Origin: Proteobacteria bacterium UBA5122
GTDB lineage: Bacteria > Pseudomonadota > Gammaproteobacteria > Tenderiales > Tenderiaceae
DNA length: 64,000 bases
Reading direction: 5' to 3'
Assembly (NCBI GenBank): GCA_002415485.1
Contig: DHYU01000071.1
Coordinates: 389 to 64,388, forward strand
Shown here: in pieces, positions 10,104 through 19,612 of the stretch
How positions within the stretch are numbered: the first letter of the stretch is position 1
Layout: every line of letters starts with the position of its first letter
Notes under the pieces: model-generated
Databases searched by the model: none
Seen by the model: the letters and a program-made list of their open reading frames with translations, nothing else
What the model was told of the DNA's origin: nothing
Translations under genes and position numbers: made by a program

Positions 10104-10200
10104 GTTGTTTCTCCGTTTTATCTTGGAACAACAACATCATAGGCCTACAATACCGATCAAATGTCGCAGTTATTTGCATTAATTGATCAGGTTTTTAGAT

Positions 10201-11100
10201 ATGTCTGACCACAACCCCCGCATTCCGATCGAATATTGGAGCACCCTCGTCGCCGTCGTCGACCATGGCTCCTTCGCCCGTGCCGCCGAGGCGCTAAACA
10301 AAAGCCAGTCTGCCGTCAGCTACGCCATCGCCCAATTGGAGGCACGCCTGCCCAGCCCGGCCTTCCATACCCAAGGGCGTAAGGCCGAGCTGACCCGTGC
10401 CGGTGAGGTCTTGTACCGCCGCGCCAAACAACTGCTCAATCTGGCCAGCGACATCGAACTGACCGCCCAACACCTGGCCGATGGCTGGGAGCGCAAGCTG
10501 ACCATCGCCATCGATGCCATCGTCGACATGCAGCCCATGCTCCACGCCCTGCAGCAGTTCTCGGCCGTCGCCCCTCACACCCGCATCACACTGCTGGAGA
10601 CCACCCTCTCCGGCACCGATGAGGCCCTGCTCGAACGCCGCGCCGATCTGGCCCTGACCGGCCGCGTGCCGCCCGGTTTTCTTGCCCGTCCGCTGGGCGA
10701 CGTGGTGAAGATCCCGGTCGTCCATCACCAACATCCACTGGCAAAGATAGACGCAGAACTGACCGAAGAGGATTTACGTCAGGCGCGGCAGATCGTGATT
10801 CGCGATTCGGGCATACGACGCGAACAGGACAAGGGTTGGCTGGAATCAGAACAACGACTGACCGTCAGTCACTTCGCCACCGGCGTTCAGGCACTGCGCG
10901 CAGGTCTCGGCTTTGCCTTCGCACCTCAACACTTAGTGAGGTCGCATCTCGAGAGTGGCGAACTAGTAGCACTACAACTCAACAGCGGCGGCACTCAACG
11001 CATTCCGATTAATTTGGTCTCCACCAGCCCCGACCAACTCGGCCCCGCCTGCACGGCGATGATGGAGTGCCTGCAGTCAGCCTATGCAGTAAAACCTTAA
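10201..11100 (+). CDS. LysR-family transcriptional regulator
   Basis: N-terminal wHTH (FARAAEALNKSQSAVSYAIAQLE) plus a substrate-binding domain, divergent from azoR-pirin. The ATG at 10201 is preferred to the TTG at 10183. Confidence 0.85.
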   Translation: MSDHNPRIPIEYWSTLVAVVDHGSFARAAEALNKSQSAVSYAIAQLEARLPSPAFHTQGRKAELTRAGEVLYRRAKQLLNLASDIELTAQHLADGWERKLTIAIDAIVDMQPMLHALQQFSAVAPHTRITLLETTLSGTDEALLERRADLALTGRVPPGFLARPLGDVVKIPVVHHQHPLAKIDAELTEEDLRQARQIVIRDSGIRREQDKGWLESEQRLTVSHFATGVQALRAGLGFAFAPQHLVRSHLESGELVALQLNSGGTQRIPINLVSTSPDQLGPACTAMMECLQSAYAVKP

Positions 11101-11942
11101 CCAGCCCAACGCCGCGGCTTGCCCTTAAACTGCAAATAGGCATCGAGCATTCGATAGACGCGCTGCTCACCGAGTAACGGCAACAACCGCAGCAATAGTT
11201 TTAACACCACCAGTTTCATACGTGTAGAAGCACTCGCGCTTGGCAGGCCTTGTTTGGCACGGGCGGCACACTCTTCCTCTGTCACTTGAATCACGCCTTT
11301 CAAGGTACTGCTGACACCACCCCACTGCATGTCGGCGATGATCACATCCGGCACGAACAAGGCGTCTTTATCCTTTAACTCACGCAATAAAAATTCATAG
11401 TCAGCCGAGATGCGCAATGATTCATCAAAGCCACCATAATCTTCAAACAATTGGCGCGCATGAAAACATCCCTGATGCGGAATCGCCATCGCCTGCGTAC
11501 GAAACGCCATTTGTGTCGCAGACCAATCACGACCACGCGTCTCGATCAACTCACCACTGTCACGCACTACATTGACGCTGCCATACACGACACGCAGCTC
11601 ATCTTGTTGCGCCTGCTTTAAATGCGATGCCATCGATGCCAACACAGTTGCATCATGAAACACATCATCACAACCCAGAAAATATACCCAGTCACCTTTG
11701 ATGTGCGACAGGGATTTATTCCATGCGTTGTAGATGCCCGCATCACGTTCAGACACCCAGTAATTTATCTGCGACTGGTATTGTTGAATCACCGCCAGCG
11801 TGCCATCGCTCGAACCACCGTCCATCACCACCACATCGATGTGTGGATAGGTCTGTGCAAACACCGAATCCAAACAACGCGCCAGCGTTTGCGCGCCGTT
11901 ATACACAGCAATGACGATACTGATGGTGGGCTGTTCGTTCAT
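11097..11942 (-). CDS. Glycosyltransferase family 2
   Basis: ISIVIAVYNGAQTLARCLDSV..QTY...DVVVMDGGSSDGT and a GCDD motif. Confidence 0.85.
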   Translation of the reverse strand: MNEQPTISIVIAVYNGAQTLARCLDSVFAQTYPHIDVVVMDGGSSDGTLAVIQQYQSQINYWVSERDAGIYNAWNKSLSHIKGDWVYFLGCDDVFHDATVLASMASHLKQAQQDELRVVYGSVNVVRDSGELIETRGRDWSATQMAFRTQAMAIPHQGCFHARQLFEDYGGFDESLRISADYEFLLRELKDKDALFVPDVIIADMQWGGVSSTLKGVIQVTEEECAARAKQGLPSASASTRMKLVVLKLLLRLLPLLGEQRVYRMLDAYLQFKGKPRRWAG

Positions 11943-12832
11943 TATGATTGCTTAGACTTTCTGGCGGCGATCACGCCTTGTGCAAAAGAGACTGTCCAAA
12001 TCAACATCGCGAGTAGCACCAAGGGCAAGGCCAGATACAAACGTGACATATAGGCATTGCGCCCTGCCATATTCGTTTTATAAAAATTCAACACACGGTA
12101 CGGAAACAACAAGGGAATCAAATAAGGCTTATGCGCCACTGCCGAACCACGCATTTGATTAAAGTAACGCGCCTGCGCCGAGTGATAACCCGAACGATGC
12201 ATCGCAGCCTTTAATGCAGCCCAGCCTTCTCGATTGATATGCGCAACGTTAATCGTCGGCTCGAAAAATATTTTATAACCTTTCTCAATCAAACCTGCCG
12301 CCAGGATCGTATCTTCACACCAACGATCTTCGGCAAAACCACCCGCCTCTTCCAAGACAAATCGTTTGTACGAAGTGTTACCCGAGGGTGCCAAATGCGT
12401 GTAACGCGCGGCAAGGCCTGACAAGGAAGCACCCAACTCAGCCGCAAATACAATCTGGCCACAGAGGTCATCGGGGTTGTACACACTAAAAGACCCGCTC
12501 ACACCGACGGCATCCAAACCCTCGTGAGCCTCTAGAATCTTGGCCGCCCAATCATCACTCACAACACAATCCGCATCTAAAAACGCAACGATCTCACCCA
12601 CTGCTGCACGCCACCCCAAATTGCGTGCCGCGCCGGGTAATAACTGAATATCACTTTTGATCAATCTGACCTGCGGATAATCTGCAGCTATCAAACGCGA
12701 AGTTTTATCCGTACCGCTATCGACCACGATTACCTCCGCCGCCAAACCATCAATACTCACCAGCACCGACGGTATCGTGTTGACGATCGTCGCCGCAGAG
12801 TTGTAACAAGGAATGACTACCGAAAGCTTCAT
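11942..12832 (-). CDS. Glycosyltransferase family 2
   Basis: LSVVIPCYNSAATI...VIVVDSGTDKT...FLDADC, with C-terminal hydrophobic helices. Abuts the downstream GT2 gene. Confidence 0.8.
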   Translation of the reverse strand: MKLSVVIPCYNSAATIVNTIPSVLVSIDGLAAEVIVVDSGTDKTSRLIAADYPQVRLIKSDIQLLPGAARNLGWRAAVGEIVAFLDADCVVSDDWAAKILEAHEGLDAVGVSGSFSVYNPDDLCGQIVFAAELGASLSGLAARYTHLAPSGNTSYKRFVLEEAGGFAEDRWCEDTILAAGLIEKGYKIFFEPTINVAHINREGWAALKAAMHRSGYHSAQARYFNQMRGSAVAHKPYLIPLLFPYRVLNFYKTNMAGRNAYMSRLYLALPLVLLAMLIWTVSFAQGVIAARKSKQS

Positions 12833-12904
12833 GTTGTCTGGTTGTTCTCACGCTGGATGTTGATGCGCCATATTAACGCATGACCTGATAAAAGGCGCTC
12901 CCAT

Positions 12905-12938
12905 AAAAAAACCCCGGCCCTCTTGCGAAGGCCGGGGT
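12905..12938 (-). terminator. Rho-independent terminator of fbp
   Basis: ACCCCGGCC...GGCCGGGGT hairpin followed by a T7 run when read on the minus strand. Confidence 0.85.
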
Positions 12939-12962
12939 CTGGTATCACATCACTCAGTGAGC

Positions 12963-13967
12963 TTATTCGGCGTGGTAAGAAACTACGCGCTCAACTTCGT
13001 TCTTGGAACCCAGGATAACAGGCACACGTTGGTGAATGTCTTCTGGCTGGATATCCAGGATACGAGTACGGCCAGTGCTGGACGCACCACCGGCTTGCTC
13101 AACGATGAATGACATCGGGTTGGCTTCGTACATCAGGCGCAGCTTACCGGCCTTGCCTGGATCCTTGTTGTCCTTCGGATACATGAAGATGCCGCCGCGA
13201 ATCAGGATGCGGTGAACTTCAGCAACCATAGACGCAACCCAACGCATGTTGAAGTTAGCACCGCGAGGACCTTCTTTACCTTGCAGACACTCTTCAACGT
13301 AACGTTGTACTGGCGCTTCCCAATAACGTTGGTTAGAAGTATTGATCGCGAACTCGCGAGTATCAGCAGGAATTTGCATGTTTGGATGAGTCAGGATGAA
13401 CTCACCGATGTCACGGTCCAGGGTAAAACCATTTACACCGTTACCAGTGGTCAGTACCAGCATGGTAGATGGCCCGTACAGCGCGTAACCGGCACACACT
13501 TGCTCGTTACCTGGGATCAGGAAGTCTTCTTTGGTCGGCTCATTCACGCCTTCTGGGCAACGGGTGATCGAGAAGATGGTACCGACAGAGATGTTAACGT
13601 CGATGTTGGAAGAACCATCCAGCGGGTCGAAAGACATCAGGTACTTGCCGCGTGGGAACTGGGCAGGAATCGGGTAGATGTCATCTTCTTCTTCAGAAGC
13701 CATCGCTGCCAAGTGGCCAGCCCACTCGTTAGACTTGATGAATACTTCGTTGGTGATGACGTCCAGTTTCTTCTGGGTTTCACCTTGAACATTCTCGGAA
13801 CCGGCAGTGCCCAGTACGCCAACCAGCGCACCCTTGTTAACCAGATTAGAGATAACCTTACAGGCTGAGACGATGTCGTTCAGCAGAGAGGTGAAATCAC
13901 CGGTCGCGCCTGGCAGGCGACGTTGTTCTTCGATGATGAACTGAGTAACCGAGACTCCGTTATGCAT
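12963..13967 (-). CDS. fbp: Fructose-1,6-bisphosphatase class 1
   Basis: Full-length match to the Fbp pattern ([10 protein letters not shown]...[35 protein letters not shown]). Confidence 0.92.
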   Translation of the reverse strand: MHNGVSVTQFIIEEQRRLPGATGDFTSLLNDIVSACKVISNLVNKGALVGVLGTAGSENVQGETQKKLDVITNEVFIKSNEWAGHLAAMASEEEDDIYPIPAQFPRGKYLMSFDPLDGSSNIDVNISVGTIFSITRCPEGVNEPTKEDFLIPGNEQVCAGYALYGPSTMLVLTTGNGVNGFTLDRDIGEFILTHPNMQIPADTREFAINTSNQRYWEAPVQRYVEECLQGKEGPRGANFNMRWVASMVAEVHRILIRGGIFMYPKDNKDPGKAGKLRLMYEANPMSFIVEQAGGASSTGRTRILDIQPEDIHQRVPVILGSKNEVERVVSYHAE

Positions 13968-14159
13968 ATCGTAATCTTCCTAAATTGAAGTGAATTGAAA
14001 GGCCAAAAAATTTTAGAACCGCGGATTATCCAGCTTTCCGGCCGCAAAATCAAAATAAAACACCATTTCAGCCCCCTCCCTCATCGCTAAGTGCTTGATA
14101 GTTGGTGATACAATGATCGCCGTGTCCTCAACTGACAGTTCCGTTATACTAGCCACCCT

Positions 14160-14960
14160 ATGCTGACCTACCCCGATATCGACCCCGTTGCCCTCCATCT
14201 CGGCCCGCTGAAAATCCACTGGTACGGCCTGATGTACCTCATCGGCTTTGCCGCCGCCTGGTGGCTGGGCACGATCCGCGCCAAGGCGCCCCACACACCA
14301 CTTAAACCCGAGCAGGTTTCAGACCTGATCTTCTATTGCGCCATGGGGCTCATCATCGGCGCCCGACTGGGCTACATACTTTTCTATAATTTCAGTGCCT
14401 ATGTAGAAAATCCGATGGCGATCTTGCGCGTCTGGGAGGGCGGCATGTCGTTCCACGGCGGGCTGATCGGCGTCATCATCGCCATTTGGATGTTCAGTCG
14501 CAAAATCAACCAGACCTTCTTCCGCATCACCGATTTTATAGTGCCCCTGACCGCCATCGGCATTTGCGCCGGCCGCATCGGCAACTTTATTAACGGTGAG
14601 CTATGGGGCCGAGTGACCGATGTGCCCTGGGCCATGGTCTTTCCCAATGGCGGCGACCTCCCCCGCCACCCTTCGCAGCTATACGAAGCCTTTCTCGAAG
14701 GGATCGTGTTGTTTATTATTCTGTGGATCTACACCAGCAAGCCGCGCCCCACCATGGCCGCCAGCGGACTCTTCCTGCTCTGCTATGGAATCTTCCGTTT
14801 CTCGGTAGAATTTGTTCGTAACCCCGATGGTTATGTCGGCATCCCCGGCCTGCAATGGCTGACCATCGGCCAAGGCCTGTCGGCACCGATGATCTTCGCC
14901 GGCGCCATCCTGATGGTGCTCGCCTATAAACGGGCCGGCTCGGTTGCAACACAAAAGTAG
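14160..14960 (+). CDS. lgt: Prolipoprotein diacylglyceryl transferase
   Basis: [11 protein letters not shown]...[13 protein letters not shown]...[14 protein letters not shown]...RHPSQLYE. Confidence 0.92.
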   Translation: MLTYPDIDPVALHLGPLKIHWYGLMYLIGFAAAWWLGTIRAKAPHTPLKPEQVSDLIFYCAMGLIIGARLGYILFYNFSAYVENPMAILRVWEGGMSFHGGLIGVIIAIWMFSRKINQTFFRITDFIVPLTAIGICAGRIGNFINGELWGRVTDVPWAMVFPNGGDLPRHPSQLYEAFLEGIVLFIILWIYTSKPRPTMAASGLFLLCYGIFRFSVEFVRNPDGYVGIPGLQWLTIGQGLSAPMIFAGAILMVLAYKRAGSVATQK

Positions 14961-15011
14961 ATGCCTCTGAGCGACACAGATAAACGATAACTGGAAAGCG
15001 GACACCCTGAC

Positions 15012-15845
15012 ATGCAGCAATATCTGGACTTAATGCGCCATGTTTACGAACACGGCCACCGCAAGGAAGATCGCACCGGCACCGGCACGGTCAGCGTCTT
15101 TGGTTATCAGATGCGCTTTGACCTCAGCGAAGGCTTTCCGATGGTCACCACCAAAAAGCTGCACCTGAAGTCGATCATCCATGAACTGCTGTGGTTCCTC
15201 AAAGGCGAGACCAATATCGCCTATCTAAAGGAACACGGCGTGCGCATCTGGGATGAATGGGCGACCGAAGACGGCGACCTCGGCCCGGTCTATGGCAAAC
15301 AATGGCGCTCATGGGCCACACCCGATGGCCGCAGCATCGACCAAATATCTGAGGTCATCGCCCAGATCAAGGCCAAACCCGATTCACGCCGCCTGATCGT
15401 CAGCGCCTGGAACCCGGCCGACCTGCCCGACGAATCCATCAGCCCACAGGCCAATGTCGCCGAAGGCCGCATGGCACTCGCCGCCTGCCACACCTTCTTC
15501 CAGTTCTACGTCAACAACGGCAAGCTATCGTGCCAGCTCTATCAGCGCAGTGCGGATATCTTCCTCGGCGTACCATTCAACATCGCCTCATATGCACTGC
15601 TGACGATGATGATTGCCCAAGTCTGTGACCTGGAACCCGGCGACTTCGTCCACACCTTCGGCGACGCCCACCTGTATCTGGATCACCTCGACAAAGCCGA
15701 GCTGCAACTATCACGCACGCCCTTGCCGCTACCGACCATGAAGCTGAACCCGGCGATCAAGGATATCTTCGCCTTCACCTATGACGACTTCACCCTCGAA
15801 GGTTACGAACATCACCCCCACATCCCCGCCAAGGTGTCGGTGTAA
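15012..15845 (+). CDS. thyA: Thymidylate synthase
   Basis: [23 protein letters not shown] (catalytic Cys) and [19 protein letters not shown]. Confidence 0.95.
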   Translation: MQQYLDLMRHVYEHGHRKEDRTGTGTVSVFGYQMRFDLSEGFPMVTTKKLHLKSIIHELLWFLKGETNIAYLKEHGVRIWDEWATEDGDLGPVYGKQWRSWATPDGRSIDQISEVIAQIKAKPDSRRLIVSAWNPADLPDESISPQANVAEGRMALAACHTFFQFYVNNGKLSCQLYQRSADIFLGVPFNIASYALLTMMIAQVCDLEPGDFVHTFGDAHLYLDHLDKAELQLSRTPLPLPTMKLNPAIKDIFAFTYDDFTLEGYEHHPHIPAKVSV

Positions 15846-16336
15846 TGAAGATCTCCATCATCGTCGCCATGGCCGACAACCGCGTCATCGGCATCAACAA
15901 CGCACTGCCATGGAAACTCTCCGGCGACATGGCCTGGTTCAAACAACAGACCATGGGCAAACCCATCATCATGGGCCGCAAGACCTACGAATCCATAGGC
16001 CGCCCACTGCCCGGCCGCGACAACATCATCATCACCCGCGATCGTAGTTATTTTGTTGAAAAATGTGCCGTCGCCCACGACACCGATGATGCAATTAGAC
16101 TGGCTGGCGATGTGGATGAAATCATGATTATCGGCGGCGCCAGTTTTTATGAACAAATGCTGCCACAAGCAGATCGCCTGTACCTAACCCTCGTCCACGG
16201 TGAAGTTGAAGGCGACGCCTGGTTCCCCGAGATTGATTTCAAACAGTGGCAAGAAATCGAACGCCACGATCATCAAGCAGACGAGAAAAATCAGTTTGAT
16301 CACAGCTTTTTGATATTGGAACGCAAACCCTCTTAA
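15845..16336 (+). CDS. folA: Dihydrofolate reductase
   Basis: ISIIVAMADNRVIGINNALPW..L..D..WF...T.GKPIIMGRKTYESIG. The start overlaps the thyA stop (TAATG). Confidence 0.92.
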   Translation: MKISIIVAMADNRVIGINNALPWKLSGDMAWFKQQTMGKPIIMGRKTYESIGRPLPGRDNIIITRDRSYFVEKCAVAHDTDDAIRLAGDVDEIMIIGGASFYEQMLPQADRLYLTLVHGEVEGDAWFPEIDFKQWQEIERHDHQADEKNQFDHSFLILERKPS

Positions 16337-16524
16337 GGCTTGCAGAGTAAATTCGAACTAAATCGCATCTATTGAATTACGGAGGAGACTCATGCGCCTC
16401 CGCGACATACTCATGTCTATTAGCTCAAACTTGAACTAATACAAATCACAGTCACTTGTTATATTTCGTTTTCAGGTAAATTCAATAGTCGCTTGCTTGC
16501 GGAGCGTCCCTCTCGACCTCAGTG

Positions 16525-17010
16525 TTAGGTTGCGTTTCGCGGCAACCGCATATGAATAAGCGCAACCTGATTTCCTTTCTTGTCTTTCCGTTCCTCGACT
16601 GCATAAGGTTGAAAACCCAATTTCGGGTAGAGCAGCAGGCCAGCAACGTTTTGGTTGAAACACGATACCGTTACCTCGGCGGCTTGGTATTTCGAGAAAG
16701 CATGGTCAATCATCTGTTCGATGAGATACCGACCTACCCCGCGCCCGCGGGCCACCGAGGAAACAATGACGTTTCCGATGGAGCAACAGCCGCCAACTTC
16801 CCAGCGGTAGAAGTTGGCGAAAGCGACGACTTCACCGTCAAGCTCTACTACTGTTGAGTCTGAACGCTGTGCAATTGCGTCCTGCAACTGAGATGGGGCC
16901 AACGGAAAATCTGCCATTGGAAACAAGAAGAACAATTCATCCTCGCTTTGCGGAAAGCCGCAAATGATCTGAATGTCTTTCTCGGCGACAGGGCGATGAC
17001 TCAGCGACAT
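16525..17010 (-). CDS. GNAT family N-acetyltransferase (cassette 5)
   Basis: The acetyl-CoA motif VARGRGVGRYLIEQMIDHAF and overall GNAT layout. The cassette begins GTTAGGT (17027-17021), and ACCTAAC overlaps its stop. Confidence 0.85.
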   Translation of the reverse strand: MSLSHRPVAEKDIQIICGFPQSEDELFFLFPMADFPLAPSQLQDAIAQRSDSTVVELDGEVVAFANFYRWEVGGCCSIGNVIVSSVARGRGVGRYLIEQMIDHAFSKYQAAEVTVSCFNQNVAGLLLYPKLGFQPYAVEERKDKKGNQVALIHMRLPRNAT

Positions 17011-17020
17011 GTTTCAAGCA

Positions 17021-17134
17021 ACCTAACGTTGCGCTAAGCTGCATTTTGAATGCGGCGCTTTTTTGCAAAAAAATGAACGAAGCGAGTTGCAAAAAAGTGC
17101 CGCGGAAAATGACGGCTTGAGCGCTTTGTTATGT
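17021..17134 (-). repeat. attC site (between cassettes 4 and 5)
   Basis: Minus strand reads ACATAACAAAGCGCTCAAGCC...GCAGCTTAGCGCAAC-GTTAGGT, an imperfect palindrome of about 114 nt ending in a GTTRRRY core. Confidence 0.7.
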
Positions 17135-17137
17135 GGA

Positions 17138-17536
17138 TCATTTACTAGCACCATCACCTATTTTTCCAAGCACAGGCGACTCACGAAATAGGGCGAAATA
17201 GGGGACAGACCACGTTTTTACTTCTCTTTTTGGGAAAAACGTGGTCTGTCCCCTATTATTCTCTGAAATTACAACGTCATTTTCAGTAATATCGGCGTCA
17301 ACACATTTGTTTCTTTCAAAAAAACTTGTGAAGCTCCTTCCTAAGTAATGAGACGGATCACCGTCATAATCTAACCCATTCTTGATTTTTGAGTACTGAA
17401 CACTCGATGTTGGCTGACAGTAAGGGCTCGGCTTACCCCCGCATACATATTTTGGGTCAAGGTCCTCAAAGTACGGTACTGTAATCGAGCATCCAGACAG
17501 TGCTAAAGCACCGGCCAATATTGCTTCTTTCTTCAT
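17138..17536 (-). CDS. Hypothetical lipoprotein (cassette 4)
   Basis: MKKEAILAGALALSGCS lipobox, AAGGA RBS, internal Met start preferred; no recognised domain. Confidence 0.65.
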   Translation of the reverse strand: MKKEAILAGALALSGCSITVPYFEDLDPKYVCGGKPSPYCQPTSSVQYSKIKNGLDYDGDPSHYLGRSFTSFFERNKCVDADITENDVVISENNRGQTTFFPKREVKTWSVPYFALFRESPVLGKIGDGASK

Positions 17537-17577
17537 GAATATTCCTTTTTCATTGTGCTGCGGATTTACTAAAATTA

Positions 17578-17649
17578 GCCTAACGCCAGCCATCAGCCGA
17601 CCCGAAAACGCGCAGCGTTTTTGGGGTCGGCTGTATGGCCTTGTTAGCG
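17578..17649 (-). repeat. attC site (between cassettes 3 and 4)
   Basis: Minus strand reads CGCTAACAAGGCCATACAGCCGACCC-caaaaacgctgcgcgttttc-GGGTCGGCTGATGGCTGGC-GTTAGGC, a clear stem with bulges. Confidence 0.8.
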
Positions 17650-17652
17650 CAA

Positions 17653-18267
17653 TTATGTCTGCATGCTCTCAACGGCATGGAACAAACCGAACGTTGAACT
17701 ATATGGCACCTGAAGCTGTTTCTTCTCAACATTGACCAGTGCGGTACCTTCTCTTTTCTTCTGTTTCCAGATTAATTTGTAGCGCACCAATTTTCCTGGG
17801 GCAGCTTCCAACTTGACTGTTACTCGCCTTGTGACTTGCTCCCCAAACTCAACGCCAATTGACTTTGACAAGTTCTTCTGAACTTCCGTTTCTATGAGCG
17901 TCCATAGGCTTGTTTTAATTCTCCCATCTGTTATTTGCTTTTTGTTGATTATGAATGAGTTTGTTACCGTTCTTGTAAATTCATGCTCACTTACAAGAGG
18001 GCTTGAGCCGTGTCGATTATCCAGAGGGATTTCTTCCTCTGTAGAGATGACATCTATTTCCGAAAGCATGCGATCTGCCACAAATTGGAAATCTGAAAGG
18101 TCAAAGGCTTCTTCTTCATTCGCACTGCTTATCGGGTCAGCGCTAGATTCCTTTGCCTTGTTTAGAAATCCAAATGAGTGCCGCGCAATTTTTATCGAAA
18201 ACCATATAAAAAACACGAATCCGATTAACAGAAGTATCTGCCAAATACTGATTCCTCCGAAACCCAT
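17653..18267 (-). CDS. Hypothetical membrane-anchored protein (cassette 3, 204 aa)
   Basis: Strong SD (AGGAGGAGG), one N-terminal TM helix (ISIWQILLLIGFVFFIWFSIKIA), and a soluble C-terminal domain with no family I recognise. Confidence 0.6.
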   Translation of the reverse strand: MGFGGISIWQILLLIGFVFFIWFSIKIARHSFGFLNKAKESSADPISSANEEEAFDLSDFQFVADRMLSEIDVISTEEEIPLDNRHGSSPLVSEHEFTRTVTNSFIINKKQITDGRIKTSLWTLIETEVQKNLSKSIGVEFGEQVTRRVTVKLEAAPGKLVRYKLIWKQKKREGTALVNVEKKQLQVPYSSTFGLFHAVESMQT

Positions 18268-18286
18268 GGTTCCTCCTCCTGTTGAG

Positions 18287-18372
18287 CGCTAACGTTTCAG
18301 CTGTGGGGCCAATTGCCGCATAGGGAGGCACGACCGACGCGGTAATTGGTCCCTACTAGCGTATGGTTATGT
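18287..18372 (-). repeat. attC site (between cassettes 2 and 3)
   Basis: Minus strand reads ACATAACCATACGCTAGTAGGGACCAATTACCGCG...TGCGGCAATTGGCCCCACAGCTGAAAC-GTTAGCG. The R'' core overlaps the cassette-2 stop. Confidence 0.75.
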
Positions 18373-18897
18373 TGCATTAATCTTTGGCTGATTATTAAAA
18401 AATAAAACAAGATCTCTAACCGTAATAACTTTTCCGTAGTATGGGTTTGCTTCATAGTTTTCAAATGATCTACCTGTCCTTTGGGCTATTATTCCCGCCA
18501 AATCCATATCTAAATCATCGTCATCCAGCCCTAAATCGTCTTTTAGACTATCGGATGCTTTTATAGGAATGGTTCTGTTGGTTGGGAGAAACTCTTGAAG
18601 CTCCTCATAGACAGCCCTAATTATCCAGGTGTCTACCTCATGGCAGTCAAACTCACGAGCAAATGTACAAATAGACAATGACTCTCTAGATTTAAACATT
18701 TCATCGTAGTGAGCTTTGACCCTAGGAGTATCGATCCATGCCCAAATGCTAACAAAAACTACCAACCCAATAATTACGTAAAGCACCTGAATATAGAAAA
18801 AACACAGTAGCCCTAATACAAGTAAACCCACCCCAAGACTAATAAAACTTGGTTTGGAAGGTGTATATTCGGGCATGTATCTAGATGCTTTTCTCAT
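18367..18897 (-). CDS. Hypothetical two-TM protein with acidic C-terminal domain (cassette 2, 176 aa)
   Basis: Two hydrophobic helices (FISLGVGLLVLGLLCFFYI, VIIGLVVFVSIWAWI) followed by a soluble domain with a DSLKDDLGLDDDDLDMDLAGIIAQRTG stretch reminiscent of carrier-protein helix II. No confident family. Confidence 0.6.
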   Translation of the reverse strand: MRKASRYMPEYTPSKPSFISLGVGLLVLGLLCFFYIQVLYVIIGLVVFVSIWAWIDTPRVKAHYDEMFKSRESLSICTFAREFDCHEVDTWIIRAVYEELQEFLPTNRTIPIKASDSLKDDLGLDDDDLDMDLAGIIAQRTGRSFENYEANPYYGKVITVRDLVLFFNNQPKINAT

Positions 18898-18909
18898 CGG
18901 TACCTTGCA

Positions 18910-19017
18910 ACATAACGCCGCAAATCACCGGCAAATTGTAACAACGTAAGGCTTGTGCTATTCATAGCACAAACGAGCGTTGCGGAAATTTGTCCGAGTG
19001 AATTTGCCTTGTTAGCG
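18910..19017 (-). repeat. attC site (between cassettes 1 and 2)
   Basis: Minus strand reads CGCTAACAAGGCAAATTCACTCGG...CAATTTGCCGGTGATTTGCGGC-GTTATGT. The R'' core overlaps the cassette-1 stop. Confidence 0.7.
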
Positions 19018-19437
19018 GTTATTTTCAAACAAACCCCAATTGTCATGATATTTATTAAGTCTTTGTCGCGACACCACATACGGTTTCCAATTCTTCCCGT
19101 CGCCTTGTTCTGCGATCCTGCGGATTACGGTGCTTGGGGCAAAGTAATAGTCAGCCGTTACATCCCCTGACTCGCCCTTTCTAAGATTCACAAAAGCATA
19201 AATGTGGGACTTACTACCTTTGGGTGGCTCCTTGTTGCCCAAAACCCACCATGTTGATTTCTTGCTGTTTGTCTTCACTTGAATCGAATAGGTCACCCGG
19301 CACTCGGGGTCTGTAACGAGTATGTCGGCGCCAGCCGCACTACGCGACGTCGTCGACGCAATGAACCCTCGAGCAGAAAGTTGTGCTGCTACCAAGAATG
19401 TCCCGGTCATGCCGGTTAGCTGTGCTTTGCTTGCCAT
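19012..19437 (-). CDS. Hypothetical protein with PD-(D/E)xK-like (Hjc/restriction-endonuclease-like) motif layout (cassette 1, 141 aa)
   Basis: GTFLVAAQLSARGFIAS...GADILVTD...YSIQVKT follows the helix, D, then (E/Q)xK order of restriction-endonuclease-fold proteins. GAAGGAG SD. This is the first cassette after attI. Confidence 0.5.
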   Translation of the reverse strand: MASKAQLTGMTGTFLVAAQLSARGFIASTTSRSAAGADILVTDPECRVTYSIQVKTNSKKSTWWVLGNKEPPKGSKSHIYAFVNLRKGESGDVTADYYFAPSTVIRRIAEQGDGKNWKPYVVSRQRLNKYHDNWGLFENNR

Positions 19438-19453
19438 GATCGGCTCCTTCAGC

Positions 19454-19530
19454 CGCTAACAGTTTTATTTTGCTGCACGTGTAACCTATCACACTGCAGC
19501 CTATCCATTTTCTAATCGTTCCAAATAAAA
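19454..19530 (-). other. attI region; crossover core GTTAGCG at 19460-19454
   Basis: Minus strand reads ...AAAACT-GTTAGCG-GCTGAAGGAGCCGATG. The core is identical to the complement of the cassette-1 3' core (CGCTAAC). The extent toward intI is a guess. Confidence 0.5.
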
Positions 19531-19583
19531 TTATAACTTCTAGTTTTAAAAACATTTATTAGTTCATTGGCGAATTTCAAAAA

Positions 19584-19612
19584 GTGATATACAGGCAGCG
19601 CCTGTATATCAC
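19584..19612 (-). promoter_or_regulatory. Perfect 13-bp-arm palindrome (terminator-like on the cassette strand)
   Basis: GTGATATACAGGC-agc-GCCTGTATATCAC; on the minus strand it is followed directly by TTTTT. Confidence 0.45.

Noticed and set aside
15845-16336. folA as a possible integron-borne dfr cassette, since it abuts the array.
   Set aside because: It overlaps the thyA stop (TAATG), has core-like GC content, is on the opposite strand to the cassettes, and has no attC. It is the chromosomal thyA-folA operon.
16522-16857. 111-aa plus-strand ORF and the 16472-16663 minus ORF in the GNAT cassette region.
   Set aside because: They are antisense to, or overlap, the well-supported GNAT gene and its attC core. 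They have no RBS and no motif.
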